Source: an uncultured Acidimicrobiales bacterium (lineage in GTDB: Bacteria; Actinomycetota; Acidimicrobiia; Acidimicrobiales; DATKAS01). From it: DNA of 64,000 nt. The stretch spans positions 117,519-181,518 of the forward strand of contig CAVZAF010000010.1 of NCBI GenBank assembly GCA_963773315.1. Reading direction: 5' to 3'. This document shows, one piece after another, positions 10,227-20,042 of the stretch; the first letter of the stretch is position 1, and the number at the start of each line of letters is the position of its first letter. The position numbers and the translations under genes are program-made. The notes below the pieces were generated by a model that saw only the letters and a program-made list of their open reading frames with translations, was not told the DNA's origin and ran no database searches.

Positions 10227-11567
10227 ATGTTCGACTCCCTCTCCGACCGTTTCGACGGCATCTTCAAACGGCTCCGGGGCAAGGGGCGACTCAGCGACAG
10301 CGACATCGACGAGGTGCTGCGAGAGATCCGCGTGGCCCTGCTCGAGGCCGACGTCAACCTCTCGGTCGTGCGCACCGTCGTGGCGCGGATCCGCGAGCAG
10401 TGCCTCGGCGCAGACCTCTCGAAGAGCCTCACGCCCGCACAGCAGGTCATCAAGATCGTCAACGAGGAGCTCGTCACCGCGCTCGGCGGCGAGACGCTCC
10501 GAATCACCTACGCCTCGAAGCCGCCGACCGTCGTCCTCTTGGCCGGCCTGCAGGGCTCGGGCAAGACGACCGCATCGGCCAAGCTCGCCCGCTGGTTCAA
10601 GGCGCAAGGGCGCAACCCGATCCTGGTCGGCGCAGACTTGCAACGCCCGGCGGCCGTCGAGCAGTTGCGGACGCTCGGTCGCCAGATCGAGGTGCCTGTC
10701 TTCTCCGAGCCGTCCGATCCGGTGACGGTCGCGGGCGGAGGCGTCGCCGAAGCCCGACGCGTGGGCCGCGACGTCGTGATCGTCGACACCGCGGGTCGTC
10801 TCGCGATCGACGCGGAGATGATGGAGCAGGTGCGCCAAGTCTCGGCGACCGTGCAACCGGACTACACGTTCCTCGTCGTCGACGCGATGACCGGTCAAGA
10901 CGCGGTCACCGTCGCGGAAGCGTTCAACGAGACTCTCGCCATCGACGGCGTGATCCTGTCGAAGCTCGACGGTGACGCGCGCGGTGGCGCCGCGCTCTCG
11001 GTGAAAGAGGTGATCGGCAGGCCGATCGCGTTCGCCTCCACCGGTGAGAAGCTCGCTGACTTCGAGCAGTTCCATCCCGATCGCATGGCGAGCCGCATCC
11101 TCGGGATGGGCGACGTCCTCAGCCTCATCGAGAAGGCCGAAGAGGTCTACGAGAAGGACGAGGCCGAGGCCGCTGCGGCCAAGCTGCTCGAGGGCGACTT
11201 CACGCTCGACGACTTCCTCGATCAGATGCAGCAGCTCAAGAAGATGGGGCCGCTTTCGAGCGTGATCGGTATGATCCCGGGGCTTCCGAAGGAAGCCCGC
11301 AACGCCGAGATCCACGATGACCAGCTGAAGAGGGTCGAGGCGATCATCCGGTCGATGACGCTCGAGGAGCGTCGAAAGCCCGATCTGGTGAACGGGTCGC
11401 GACGGTTGCGCATCGCAAACGGGAGCGGCACGACGACCGCGGAGGTCAACGCACTCCTGAAGCAGTTCAAGGACGTGCAGAAGATGATGAAGCGCATGGG
11501 CGGCCTCGGATCCAAGAAGGGCAAGCGCCGCATGCCGATGATGCCCAACGTGCCCTCGCTCAACTAG
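10227..11567 (+). CDS. ffh: Signal recognition particle protein Ffh
   Basis: [24 protein letters not shown]-domain. Confidence 0.98.
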   Translation: MFDSLSDRFDGIFKRLRGKGRLSDSDIDEVLREIRVALLEADVNLSVVRTVVARIREQCLGADLSKSLTPAQQVIKIVNEELVTALGGETLRITYASKPPTVVLLAGLQGSGKTTASAKLARWFKAQGRNPILVGADLQRPAAVEQLRTLGRQIEVPVFSEPSDPVTVAGGGVAEARRVGRDVVIVDTAGRLAIDAEMMEQVRQVSATVQPDYTFLVVDAMTGQDAVTVAEAFNETLAIDGVILSKLDGDARGGAALSVKEVIGRPIAFASTGEKLADFEQFHPDRMASRILGMGDVLSLIEKAEEVYEKDEAEAAAAKLLEGDFTLDDFLDQMQQLKKMGPLSSVIGMIPGLPKEARNAEIHDDQLKRVEAIIRSMTLEERRKPDLVNGSRRLRIANGSGTTTAEVNALLKQFKDVQKMMKRMGGLGSKKGKRRMPMMPNVPSLN

Positions 11568-11592
11568 ACGACACCAGCAAAGGACCAGATCA

Positions 11593-11865
11593 GTGGCAGT
11601 GAAGCTCCGCCTCATGCGGATGGGTAAGAAGAAGCAGCCGACCTACCGAGTCGTGGCTGCCGACGGCCGCGCGCCGCGCGACGGCCGGTTCATCGAGATC
11701 GTCGGCACCTACGAGCCGCGTGCCGAGCCGTCGGTCGTCAAGATCGACAACGCGAAGGCGGTGTCCTGGCTGCAGAAGGGCGCGCAGCCGACCGAGCGGG
11801 TCGAGAAGCTGCTGAAGATCTCGGGCGCGTGGGACGAGTTCCAGGCCGCCAAGTCGGCCAAATGA
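11593..11865 (+). CDS. rpsP: 30S ribosomal protein S16
   Basis: [28 protein letters not shown]. Confidence 0.98.
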   Translation: MAVKLRLMRMGKKKQPTYRVVAADGRAPRDGRFIEIVGTYEPRAEPSVVKIDNAKAVSWLQKGAQPTERVEKLLKISGAWDEFQAAKSAK

Positions 11866-12245
11866 CCGAAGCGGACAACACCCTCGACGACGTTCCCGCG
11901 GACGACGATCTCGATGACGAACTCGACGATGAGCTCGACGCGAACTCGGACGAAGACGACGACGAAGAAGACGAGGACGACACCGACGACGTGAACCGCA
12001 TCCCCACGGCCACGGCGCGCGCGGTGCTCGACTTCCTCGTGAGGGCCCTCGTCGACGATCCCGACTCGGTCGAGGTCGACGCCGTCGAAGGTCGGCGCGG
12101 CGTGAGCCTGCGGGTGAGCGTGGCGCCCGGCGACATGGGCAGGGTGATCGGCAAGCGCGGACGCACTGCCAACGCCGTGCGCACTGTCACGCGGGCTGCT
12201 GCCGTCCGCGACGGAGTCGAGGTAGACGTCGACTTCGTCGACTGA
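11862..12245 (+). CDS. khpA: KH-domain RNA-binding protein KhpA (YlqC) with acidic N-terminal extension
   Basis: [19 protein letters not shown]; between rpsP and rimM. Confidence 0.9.
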   Translation: MTEADNTLDDVPADDDLDDELDDELDANSDEDDDEEDEDDTDDVNRIPTATARAVLDFLVRALVDDPDSVEVDAVEGRRGVSLRVSVAPGDMGRVIGKRGRTANAVRTVTRAAAVRDGVEVDVDFVD

Positions 12246-12246
12246 C

Positions 12247-12699
12247 GTGCTCGAGGTCGGCTCGATCGGACGAGCGCACGGCCTGAAGGGCGACGTCGTC
12301 GTCCACCTCGTGACGAACCGGCTCGAACGAGTCGCACTCGGCGCGGTGCTCGAAACGGCGAAGGGGAGCTTGGTCGTCGAGACGTCGCGTCCTCAGCAGG
12401 GCTTCTTCGTCGTTCACTTCCAGGGAGTCGACAGTCGTGAGGCGGCCGAGGCGCTCAACGGCGTCGTCCTGTCCGCGGAACCACTCGATGACCCCGACGC
12501 GTTGTGGGCGCATGAGCTCGTCGGATCGTTCGTGTTCGACGTGGCCGGCAACCCCCTCGGGCTCATCACGGCGCTCGTCGCGAATCCGGCGAGCGACCTC
12601 CTCGAGATCGATCGCGGCGTGCTGATCCCTGCCACGTTCGTCGTGTCATGTGAGGACGGCCGCGTCGTCGTCGATCCGCCCGTCGGCCTGTTCGAGTGA
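12247..12699 (+). CDS. rimM: Ribosome maturation factor RimM
   Basis: VGSIGRAHGLKGDV, PRC barrel, operon position. Confidence 0.95.
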   Translation: MLEVGSIGRAHGLKGDVVVHLVTNRLERVALGAVLETAKGSLVVETSRPQQGFFVVHFQGVDSREAAEALNGVVLSAEPLDDPDALWAHELVGSFVFDVAGNPLGLITALVANPASDLLEIDRGVLIPATFVVSCEDGRVVVDPPVGLFE

Positions 12700-12712
12700 A
12701 TGCGGACCTGAC

Positions 12713-13489
12713 ATGCGGATCGAGGTCTTCACGATCTTTCCGACACTCGTCGAAGGCTTCCTCGGGCACAGCCTGATCGCGAAGGCGCGCGACGAAGGCG
12801 TGCTCGATCTGCGCGTGCACGACCTGCGCTCGGCCGCGACCGATCCGCATCGCTCGGTCGACGACTCGCCGTTCGGTGGCGGACCGGGGATGGTGCTCAT
12901 GCCCGAGCCCCTCTTCGGCGCGGTCGAGGCCGTCGGTCCGGCGCGGCCGCTCTACCTTCTCGGCCCGGGTGGGGAGCGGTTCGATCAGCGCAAGGCACGT
13001 GCGCTCGCGGTGACCGACGGCTTCTCGCTGCTGTGCGGGCGGTACGAGGGAGTCGACGAGCGGGTACGCGAGCACCTCGTCGACGGTGAGCTCTCGGTCG
13101 GCGACTTCGTGCTGTCCGGCGGTGAGGTCGCCGCGCTGGTCGTGATCGAGGCCGTCGCTCGCCTCGTGCCCGGTGTGATGGGCAACGACGAGTCGGCGAC
13201 CGAGGAGTCGTTCTCGGAGGGCCTCCTCGAGCATCCGCAGTACACCCGGCCCGCCGACTTCCGGGGATGGGCCGTGCCCGACGTGCTGCGCTCGGGAGAC
13301 CACGGGAGGATCGCCCGGTGGCGCCGTGCGCAGGCCCTGGCCCGCACGATCGCCGACCGCCCGGACCTCATCGAGGCCAGGGGCGGTGTCACCGAGCAGG
13401 ACCAGCGCGCCTTGGAGGAGTTCGGCTTTCCCCGCTATCGTGGCGAATCCCCTCCCGGCGAACGCCAGCAGGAGTCGAGCGCGCCATGA
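12713..13489 (+). CDS. trmD: tRNA (guanine37-N1)-methyltransferase
   Basis: [28 protein letters not shown]. Confidence 0.97.
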   Translation: MRIEVFTIFPTLVEGFLGHSLIAKARDEGVLDLRVHDLRSAATDPHRSVDDSPFGGGPGMVLMPEPLFGAVEAVGPARPLYLLGPGGERFDQRKARALAVTDGFSLLCGRYEGVDERVREHLVDGELSVGDFVLSGGEVAALVVIEAVARLVPGVMGNDESATEESFSEGLLEHPQYTRPADFRGWAVPDVLRSGDHGRIARWRRAQALARTIADRPDLIEARGGVTEQDQRALEEFGFPRYRGESPPGERQQESSAP

Positions 13490-13830
13490 AGTCCACCGAT
13501 CTGATCGATCAGCAGTCCCTCCGCAGCGACGTCCCCGACTTCGCGCCCGGCGACAACCTCAAGGTCCACGTGCGGGTGGTCGAGGGCAACCGTGAGCGCA
13601 TCCAGGTGTTCCAGGGCCACGTCACCCGCCGTCAGGGTTCGGGCCTCCAGGAGACCTTCACCGTCCGCAAGGTGAGCTTTGGTGTCGGCGTCGAGCGCAC
13701 CTTCCCCGTGCACACGCCGATCATCGCCAAGATCGAGGTGGTCACCCGCGGCGATGTCCGCCGGGCGAAGCTGTACTACCTCCGCGACCGGGTCGGCAAG
13801 GCCGCCAAGGTCAAGGAGAAGCGGGTCTGA
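13486..13830 (+). CDS. rplS: 50S ribosomal protein L19
   Basis: [27 protein letters not shown]. Confidence 0.98.
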   Translation: MKSTDLIDQQSLRSDVPDFAPGDNLKVHVRVVEGNRERIQVFQGHVTRRQGSGLQETFTVRKVSFGVGVERTFPVHTPIIAKIEVVTRGDVRRAKLYYLRDRVGKAAKVKEKRV

Positions 13831-14120
13831 GCCCCGAAGATCTCGAGGCCTATGAGGCCGAGCGCGAGCTCGCCCTCGCGCAGGAGTATCGCGACGTCAG
13901 CTCGATGTTCGGTTACGCGATCGAGACCGAGCGCCGCTTCTACTTGGCGAACGGCGTCGAGGTACGAGTGCAAGGCGACGGAGCGAGACCTCTCATCGAG
14001 GTGCAGCTGACCGACGCTTGGGTCTGGGACATGTACCGCCAGACCCGATTCGTCCCTTCCGTCCGCGTCCTGACGTTCAAGGACGTGAATGTCGAAGAGC
14101 TCCCGAAGCCCGAAGTCTGA
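13827..14120 (+). CDS. DUF2469 family protein (apparent CTG start)
   Basis: [52 protein letters not shown] matches the family from residue 1. Confidence 0.88.
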   Translation: MSPEDLEAYEAERELALAQEYRDVSSMFGYAIETERRFYLANGVEVRVQGDGARPLIEVQLTDAWVWDMYRQTRFVPSVRVLTFKDVNVEELPKPEV

Positions 14121-14457
14121 CCAACGGCGCGCGCTCGGCGCGCAGGGCGAAGCTTTTGCCGCGCGGTGGTATGAGGAGCGGGGCTTCGCGGTCGTCGATC
14201 GCAATTGGCGGCGACGCGAGGGCGAGATCGACCTCGTGCTCCGCCACGATCGGCTGCTCGTCTTCTGTGAGGTGAAGGCGCGGTCGTCGACCCGCTTCGG
14301 CATGCCGTTCGAGGCGGTGACGCGCACGAAGCAGCTGCGACTCCGCCGCCTGGCCGCGTTGTGGTTGGCCGAGCACGCGGTCCGAGGAGTCGAGCTCCGG
14401 TTCGACGTTGCCTCGGTGAGCGCGATGACGGTCGACGTGATCGAGGCGGCGTTCTAA
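14089..14457 (+). CDS. YraN/UPF0102 family endonuclease-like protein
   Basis: RNWRRREGEIDLV, FCEVKAR, RFDVASV. Confidence 0.93.
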   Translation: MSKSSRSPKSDQRRALGAQGEAFAARWYEERGFAVVDRNWRRREGEIDLVLRHDRLLVFCEVKARSSTRFGMPFEAVTRTKQLRLRRLAALWLAEHAVRGVELRFDVASVSAMTVDVIEAAF

Positions 14458-14469
14458 CGACACGCCACG

Positions 14470-14673
14470 TCAACGTCTGCGGTGCCGGTAGTCCCAACAG
14501 GCGTAGTGCCAGTGGCGGCGAAGGTCGGGCGCCTCCTTCGGGATGACCACGAGATGGCCGTGACCCCGAGGGATGACGCCCAGGCAGCCGGGGCAGACGT
14601 AGTCCTTCAGCGCCTTGTAGGGCTGGACCCGTTGGGTGTCGACGTCGTCGTCGTGCCAGGCGACGTCGCTCAT
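14470..14673 (-). CDS. Small conserved actinobacterial Cys/His (zinc-finger-like) protein
   Basis: YVCPGC..HLVV..RRHWHYACW. Confidence 0.75.
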   Translation of the reverse strand: MSDVAWHDDDVDTQRVQPYKALKDYVCPGCLGVIPRGHGHLVVIPKEAPDLRRHWHYACWDYRHRRR

Positions 14674-14677
14674 GGGT

Positions 14678-14788
14678 TCAGAGGAATGCCCAGACGACGA
14701 GGGCGAGGCATGCCACCAACGCGAGCGCCACCATCGTGTACTCGAAGACGCCGGGCGCACGTCGGGGCCGGTAGGGGTCGAGTCCCAT
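14678..14788 (-). CDS. 36-aa putative single-pass membrane peptide
   Basis: MGLDPYRPRRAPGVFEYTMVALALVACLALVVWAFL; below ORF-track cutoff; 4 nt from next gene. Confidence 0.55.
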   Translation of the reverse strand: MGLDPYRPRRAPGVFEYTMVALALVACLALVVWAFL

Positions 14789-14811
14789 AGACCTAAGTAT
14801 CGTCGCGCGAC

Positions 14812-15588
14812 ATGGAGACTCTCGAAGTTGCGCGTCGCGATCACGTCGTCACCATCACGCTCAACCGGCCGGCGAAGAAGAACGCCGCGAATGCGACGAT
14901 GTGGAGCGAGCTGCTCGAGACGTTCCTCGACATCAGAGAGCGCGACGACGATCGCGTCGTCGTGATCACCGGAGCCGGCGGGAACTTCTGCTCGGGCGCG
15001 GACCTCTCCGGTGGCGCCGAGGAGGCGCAGCGCCGCCATCAGCTCGCCGTGATGCGCCATATCGGCGACGCCGCGTTGGCGCTTCACCGCATGCCGAAGC
15101 CCACCATCGCGAAGGTGAACGGAGTCGCGGTTGGGGCAGGTTGCAACCTGGCCTTGGGCTGCGACCTGATCGTCGCGTCTGACGAGGCTCGGTTCTCCGA
15201 GATCTTCGCTCGGCGCGGTCTCACCATCGACTTCGGTGGCTCGTGGATCCTGCCCCGCCTGGTCGGCATGCATCGGGCGAAGGAGCTGGCATTGCTCGCT
15301 GACATCATCTCGGCGAAGGAGGCCGAGGCGATGGGCCTCGTGAACCGAGTCGTGCCGGTCGGCGAGCTCGACGCGTTCGTCGACGACTGGGCGACGCGGC
15401 TCGCCGCCGGTCCGCCGATCGCGCTCGCGCAGACCAAGCGTCTGCTGAACAACGCGTTCATGGTGACGATGGAGCAGGCGCTCGAGGATGAAGGCGCCGC
15501 GCAGACCGTGAACTTCGGCACCCAGGACACGCTCGAAGCGATGTCCGCCTTCGTGCAGAAGCGCGATCCGGAGTTCAAGGGCGCTTAG
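14812..15588 (+). CDS. Enoyl-CoA hydratase/isomerase
   Basis: TLNRPAKKNA, FCSGADL, GAGCNLALGCD. Confidence 0.93.
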   Translation: METLEVARRDHVVTITLNRPAKKNAANATMWSELLETFLDIRERDDDRVVVITGAGGNFCSGADLSGGAEEAQRRHQLAVMRHIGDAALALHRMPKPTIAKVNGVAVGAGCNLALGCDLIVASDEARFSEIFARRGLTIDFGGSWILPRLVGMHRAKELALLADIISAKEAEAMGLVNRVVPVGELDAFVDDWATRLAAGPPIALAQTKRLLNNAFMVTMEQALEDEGAAQTVNFGTQDTLEAMSAFVQKRDPEFKGA

Positions 15589-15620
15589 CTGACTCGGCCG
15601 CGCTGCGAGGGCCAATCCGC

Positions 15621-15664
15621 CTGCCAGTTGCGGTCGCGTGGCGCCGTGACCTGCCAACTGGCAG
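15621..15664. terminator. Hairpin between convergent genes (possible bidirectional terminator or REP-like element)
   Basis: CTGCCAGTTG...CAACTGGCAG 10-bp inverted repeat plus inner stem. Confidence 0.5.
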
Positions 15665-15702
15665 CGTCGTAGCCCGGTGGGGGCCAGATCACTGCCGGTG
15701 CT

Positions 15703-16182
15703 TCACGATTTGGCCTTCTCCGTGTATCTGCTGAGCACGGTGACCCATCCCTGGGAGTAGTTGTCACGCGTCACCGCGGCGACGTCGCCCAGCCGTTGCC
15801 AGTCTCGGTGGGTCAGCTGCACGGTGGTCAAGTCCGCATCGATCGCGGTGAACGTCACCTCGACCTCGGTCATGGCGACAGGTTCCGGGCTGGGGTGCCA
15901 CGTGATCACGAATCGATGCGGTGGCTCCCAGGCGAGCACCTCACCCCACGCGTGTTCGGTGCCGTCGTCGAGGCGCTCGTACAGCCGGCCACCGTCGCGT
16001 CCGTCGAAGATGACGTCGGCCGCGCGGTCCTCGCCGATCGAGTGCGTCGCTTTGGGCCACCACGTGCCGATCTTCTCGGTGAAGAGCATGAATGCATCGC
16101 CGACGGACTGCTCAACGGTCACTGTGAAGACGAGCGGGGACAAGTCCACATCGCCGAGGTCGACGTCGCTGGCGTCGCTCAT
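15703..16182 (-). CDS. SRPBCC/AHSA1 domain protein
   Basis: FTEKIGTWWP, WGEVLAWEPPHR, TEVEVTF, GWVTVL. Confidence 0.9.
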   Translation of the reverse strand: MSDASDVDLGDVDLSPLVFTVTVEQSVGDAFMLFTEKIGTWWPKATHSIGEDRAADVIFDGRDGGRLYERLDDGTEHAWGEVLAWEPPHRFVITWHPSPEPVAMTEVEVTFTAIDADLTTVQLTHRDWQRLGDVAAVTRDNYSQGWVTVLSRYTEKAKS

Positions 16183-16505
16183 GAGCGCTTCCTCCTCGTC
16201 GGCGTCGACGGTGTTGCCGCTTGCTTGTATGCCTGCAGGACGTCGGTCCAGAAGCTGTCGAGCCACCCACGGAGGGCGTTCAACCCGTCGGGGCGGACCG
16301 CGTAGAGCCGACGAGTGCCTTCGGCACGATCGGTCACGAGGCCTGCTCCCTTCAGCACCTTCAGATGCTGCGAGACCGCGGGGCGGCTCACGGGAAGGTG
16401 GGCAGCGATCTCGCCCACGGCTTGGGGTCCTTCGCGGAGCTGCTCGAGCACCGCGCGCCGGGTCGGATCGGCGAGGGCCTCGAGCGCTGCTCCGTAAGTT
16501 GCCAC
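16179..16505 (-). CDS. ArsR/SmtB family regulator
   Basis: ALADPTRRAVL..SRPAVSQHLKVLK. Confidence 0.93.
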   Translation of the reverse strand: MATYGAALEALADPTRRAVLEQLREGPQAVGEIAAHLPVSRPAVSQHLKVLKGAGLVTDRAEGTRRLYAVRPDGLNALRGWLDSFWTDVLQAYKQAATPSTPTRRKRS

Positions 16506-16510
16506 GAACG

Positions 16511-16526
16511 GTAAGTTAGTACTTAC
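16511..16526. promoter_or_regulatory. Putative ArsR operator overlapping a leaderless promoter
   Basis: GTAAGT-TAGT-ACTTAC palindrome; minus strand TTGCAT-N17-TAACTT 7 nt before GTG. Confidence 0.6.
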
Positions 16527-16568
16527 GGATCAAGAATGCAAGGCCCTTCGCTAGGGTGATCCGCTCCT

Positions 16569-16643
16569 GGCGACGTGGCCGAGTGGTTTAGGCAAGGGCC
16601 TGCAAAGCCCTGTACAGGGGTTCGATTCCCCTCGTCGCCTCCA
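16569..16643 (+). tRNA. tRNA-Cys (GCA)
   Basis: GGCGACG/CGTCGCC acceptor stem, AGGGC-CTGCAAA-GCCCT anticodon arm, GGTTCGATTCC, encoded CCA. Confidence 0.97.
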
Positions 16644-16654
16644 GCTGTCGGCGA

Positions 16655-17119
16655 TCAGACGCCGGCGGCGCGCGCCGGCTTCTTGTTCGGCGCGGGCTCG
16701 CCGGGCAGGTGCATGAGCGACTCGACACCTTGCACTCCCGGCACCCCGTTGATCGCCCGCACGACTCGGGCGATGTCGGTCTCGCTCGCGACCTGGCCTC
16801 GCACCCGCACGACGCCCTCGACCGACTCGACGGTGACCTCGGTCGTCGCCACATCAAGCTCCGCGAGCACCTGATGGAGGTGCACTTCCAGCGCTCGGTC
16901 GTCACTCGGGTGGAAGATTCCCTTCCCATCGGCGCGGGCCCGCGCTCCTTCGGCTCGGTTCGCGGCGTCACGCTCGAACCGGTCAGCGGCCCGGTCGACC
17001 GAGCGCACGCGGGACGACCACTGCTGGCGCATCCGAGCGCGGCGGCCTCGACCCCGGTCCGGATCGAGCAGGTACATCGCAACGGCGCCGGCCATCGCTC
17101 CGGCGATGAACCTCTTCAT
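16655..17119 (-). CDS. BON-domain protein with YtxH-like N-terminal anchor
   Basis: GAVAMYLLDPDRGRGRRA.. and GVVRVRGQV..VPGVQGVESL; GGAGG RBS. Confidence 0.85.
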   Translation of the reverse strand: MKRFIAGAMAGAVAMYLLDPDRGRGRRARMRQQWSSRVRSVDRAADRFERDAANRAEGARARADGKGIFHPSDDRALEVHLHQVLAELDVATTEVTVESVEGVVRVRGQVASETDIARVVRAINGVPGVQGVESLMHLPGEPAPNKKPARAAGV

Positions 17120-17275
17120 GGCACGACCTCCTCTGGGTTCGCCCTCTCCTACTCCTCTCGCTACCCGGGGCAGCGTTCGACCATGCTTCACCTTCGAAGC
17201 CGCGGGTGCTCCACCTGATGCTCTGGTCGAGGGCATCGCCAGCCGGCTCGCACGCGGTGACGATGCTGTCGGTCA

Positions 17276-17692
17276 GTGAGCTACTGGTCTGAGCGAGTCA
17301 CGCGCACGATCGTCCTCGGTGCCGCGCTCTGGGTCGCGGTCGTCACATTCGTCTGGCTGTTTGCTCCGGTCGGGGAGTCCACGTCTGTCTCGCAGTCGAG
17401 CACGGGTCAGATCACGACCACGACGTCACACGAGTCGCTGCTCGACACGGAGGGGACCGGCGTGGTGGTGGTGCTCGCAGTGCCGGTGGCGCTGGTGGCG
17501 ATCGCGGTCGCCGCGCAGGGCTCGTCGTGGCGCCGACGAGCGCGGTGCATCGCCGGCGGGCTGTTGCTGGTCGGGTCGTTGCTCGGCGCGATGTCGGTCG
17601 GCCTTCCCTATGTTCCCGCGGCAGTCGCGTTGCTCGTCGCGGGTCTGCGCACGCCGCCAGGTCCGGTCAGCGCGCCGCGATCCGCCGGTTGA
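17276..17692 (+). CDS. Hypothetical membrane protein
   Basis: About four hydrophobic segments, GC-rich third positions. Confidence 0.65.
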   Translation: MSYWSERVTRTIVLGAALWVAVVTFVWLFAPVGESTSVSQSSTGQITTTTSHESLLDTEGTGVVVVLAVPVALVAIAVAAQGSSWRRRARCIAGGLLLVGSLLGAMSVGLPYVPAAVALLVAGLRTPPGPVSAPRSAG

Positions 17693-18128
17693 AGAGCAGC
17701 TGCCCGTCGATCTCGTGGACACGGATGAAGCCCGCGCGAGCCGCGACGGCGAGCGACCGCGTGTTCGCCGGATCGATCAACAGGTGAGCGGTCGTGAACG
17801 TCGTGTGCGCGGCGAGATGGTCGAGCAGCAGCTCCACCGCGCGGGTCGCGTATCCATGGCCGCGCGCCTCCGCGAACAGTGCGTAGCCGATGTTCACCGC
17901 GCCGGCGTCGAGCCACGGCTGCTCGGTGTCGCAGTCGATCCAGCCGACGACCTCGTCGTGGACGACGATGCACGCGGTCGGTCGGGGATCGGGCGAACCC
18001 GCGCCGAGCCAGCGATGGAACTCGCCGTCGCGGCCCGCGATGAGCGCGGCTCTGTCGCCGTGGTTCGGCGGTCGGATCGTCACCAGCCCGTCGCTTCTCG
18101 GGTCGCGCACGTGCCGATCATCCACCAT
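17667..18128 (-). CDS. GNAT (RimJ/RimL-like) acetyltransferase
   Basis: IGYALFAEARGHGYATRA, NTRSLAVAARAGF; start uncertain. Confidence 0.85.
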   Translation of the reverse strand: MVDDRHVRDPRSDGLVTIRPPNHGDRAALIAGRDGEFHRWLGAGSPDPRPTACIVVHDEVVGWIDCDTEQPWLDAGAVNIGYALFAEARGHGYATRAVELLLDHLAAHTTFTTAHLLIDPANTRSLAVAARAGFIRVHEIDGQLLFNRRIAAR

Positions 18129-18157
18129 TGACACGTGACCAAATGGTCACGTATCGT
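18128..18157 (+). promoter_or_regulatory. Housekeeping-type promoter with palindromic operator
   Basis: TTGACA-N18-TATCGT enclosing ACGTGACCA-AA-TGGTCACGT; GTG 7 nt downstream. Confidence 0.75.
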
Positions 18158-18164
18158 CCTTGAC

Positions 18165-18932
18165 GTGGACGCAGTGTTCAAGGCACTGGCCGATCCGACC
18201 CGGCGCAGCCTCCTCGACGAGCTCTTCCGGGAAGACGGGCAGACCTTGAGCGCACTCGAGACCCGGTTTTCGATGACGCGGTTCGGGGTGATGAAGCACC
18301 TCAAGCAGCTCGAAGAAGCCGGCCTGATCGTCACCAAGCGCAAGGGAAGAGAGAAGCAGCACTTCCTCAACCCCGTGCCGATCCGCCTCATCTACGACCG
18401 GTGGGTGAGCAAGTACGCCGAACCGTGGGCAGCAGGGCTCACGGAGCTGAAGCAAAGACTGGAGAACCCGATGGAGCCAAAGACGATGGAGCGGGTGTTC
18501 GAGATCTACATCCGCACGACTCCCGAGAAGCTGTGGGAGGCGATCACTGATGCCGACATCCGCGAGAAGTACATGTTCGGTGCGCGCTTCCAGTCGGAGT
18601 GGAAGGTCGGCGCGGAGATGAGCATGAAAAGCCCGACCGGTCTGCTCGGCGAGGGTGAGATCCTCGAGGTCGATCCGCCGCGCAAGCTCGTGCACACGAT
18701 GCACGCGCTGTGGGGCGACGATGTCGCAGCCGAGGGGTTCTCGCGGGTGACGTGGGAGATCGAGCAGGTCGCGGACTCGTGCCGACTCTTGCTCACGCAC
18801 GACCAGCTGCGCGAGGGCGCGAACGATCAGCTCTATGGCGGTTGGCCGATGATCCTGTCCGGTCTCAAGACCTGGCTCGAGACCGGCACGCTGCTCACCA
18901 CGCCCGGCTCGCTGATGTACGTCCAGCAATGA
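18165..18932 (+). CDS. ArsR HTH fused to SRPBCC domain
   Basis: VFKALADPTRRSLL..FGVMKHL followed by IYIRTTPEKLWEAIT..GGWPMILSGLK. Confidence 0.92.
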   Translation: MDAVFKALADPTRRSLLDELFREDGQTLSALETRFSMTRFGVMKHLKQLEEAGLIVTKRKGREKQHFLNPVPIRLIYDRWVSKYAEPWAAGLTELKQRLENPMEPKTMERVFEIYIRTTPEKLWEAITDADIREKYMFGARFQSEWKVGAEMSMKSPTGLLGEGEILEVDPPRKLVHTMHALWGDDVAAEGFSRVTWEIEQVADSCRLLLTHDQLREGANDQLYGGWPMILSGLKTWLETGTLLTTPGSLMYVQQ

Positions 18933-19480
18933 CCACGATGGCTGACAGCTACCGCGAGGTGGCCGCGGGCTTCACGGCGCGAGCGTGGGCCGTGAACCCC
19001 GACGACTGGGACAACCCGGCACCGTGCGAGGGATGGGTCGCACGCGACATCGTCCGCCACATGGTCGAGTGGATGCCGTGGATGGTGCTCGAGCCCGTGG
19101 GCGCCGCGATGCCGACCGCACCGTCGGTCGACGACGACCCGCTCGGCGCGTGGTTGGCGCTCGACCAGGCGCTGCAATCCGCGCTCGACGATCCGGCGAT
19201 CGCGGAGCGCGAGTTCGAGAACCAGGTCGGTCGCTTCACGGTGGAGAAGGGCATCGACGTGTTCTGCACCGGCGACGTGTTCTTGCACACCTGGGATCTC
19301 GCCCGCGCGACCGGCGGGGATGAGCGCCTCGATCCCGCGCGGGTGCACGACATGCTCGTCGGGATGGAGCCGATGGACGAGGTGCTGCGTCAGAGCGGGC
19401 AGTTCGGCCCGCGGGTGCCGGTCCCCGACGATGCAGACGAGCAGACGAAGCTCATCGCCTTCATCGGCCGGCAGCCGTGA
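18929..19480 (+). CDS. TIGR03086/MDMPI-like (DinB superfamily) metal-binding protein
   Basis: PAPCEGWVARDIVRH, HTWDLARATG. Confidence 0.9.
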   Translation: MTTMADSYREVAAGFTARAWAVNPDDWDNPAPCEGWVARDIVRHMVEWMPWMVLEPVGAAMPTAPSVDDDPLGAWLALDQALQSALDDPAIAEREFENQVGRFTVEKGIDVFCTGDVFLHTWDLARATGGDERLDPARVHDMLVGMEPMDEVLRQSGQFGPRVPVPDDADEQTKLIAFIGRQP

Positions 19481-19492
19481 TCGACGACTGCG

Positions 19493-19999
19493 TCAGTACC
19501 CGAGCAGGCCGCGCACGTAGGCGGCTTGGCCCACGTGCTGCATGCAGTCGTCCGCGATGCTCACGAGGCGCACCCCGAGCGTGACCGGCGGGTCCCACCG
19601 CCGGTCGACGATTCGATCGAGGTCGGCGGGACCGAGCGATTCGAGGAATGTGCGGGTCCGCGCCGACACGGCGGCCAGGTAGTCGATCAGCACTCGTCCG
19701 TCGGGCGGACGGATCGTCGCGACCTGCTCGGTTGTGTGGCCATATCCGGTGTTGTGTGGGTCGGGCTCGAGGCCCATGCGCGTCGCCCAGTCCTCCGTGA
19801 CCCAGAGCTGGTCTTGGTCGACCACCTCGGCGATGTGGTGGTCCTGCACGCGGGTGAGGTGCCACACCAGCCACGCGATGGTGTTCCTGCCCTCACCGGG
19901 CGAGGCGGCGAGCTGCGAGGCGTCGAGGTCGTCGACAGCCTCCTCCGCGAGGGGTTCGATGCGACCGTAGAGCTCGAGCAACAGCGGGGCGACGTCCAT
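19493..19999 (-). CDS. DinB family (mycothiol transferase-like) protein
   Basis: NTIAWLVWHLTRVQDHH, DDCMQHVGQAAY. Confidence 0.88.
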   Translation of the reverse strand: MDVAPLLLELYGRIEPLAEEAVDDLDASQLAASPGEGRNTIAWLVWHLTRVQDHHIAEVVDQDQLWVTEDWATRMGLEPDPHNTGYGHTTEQVATIRPPDGRVLIDYLAAVSARTRTFLESLGPADLDRIVDRRWDPPVTLGVRLVSIADDCMQHVGQAAYVRGLLGY

Positions 20000-20042
20000 G
20001 GCCCGGGAGTCTCGCCGACGGAGGCGGACCTAGCCTTGCGGC

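Noticed and set aside
17160..17190. SigF-type promoter for the BON gene (GGGTAG)
   Set aside because: The -10 matches but there is no credible -35 at the right spacing.
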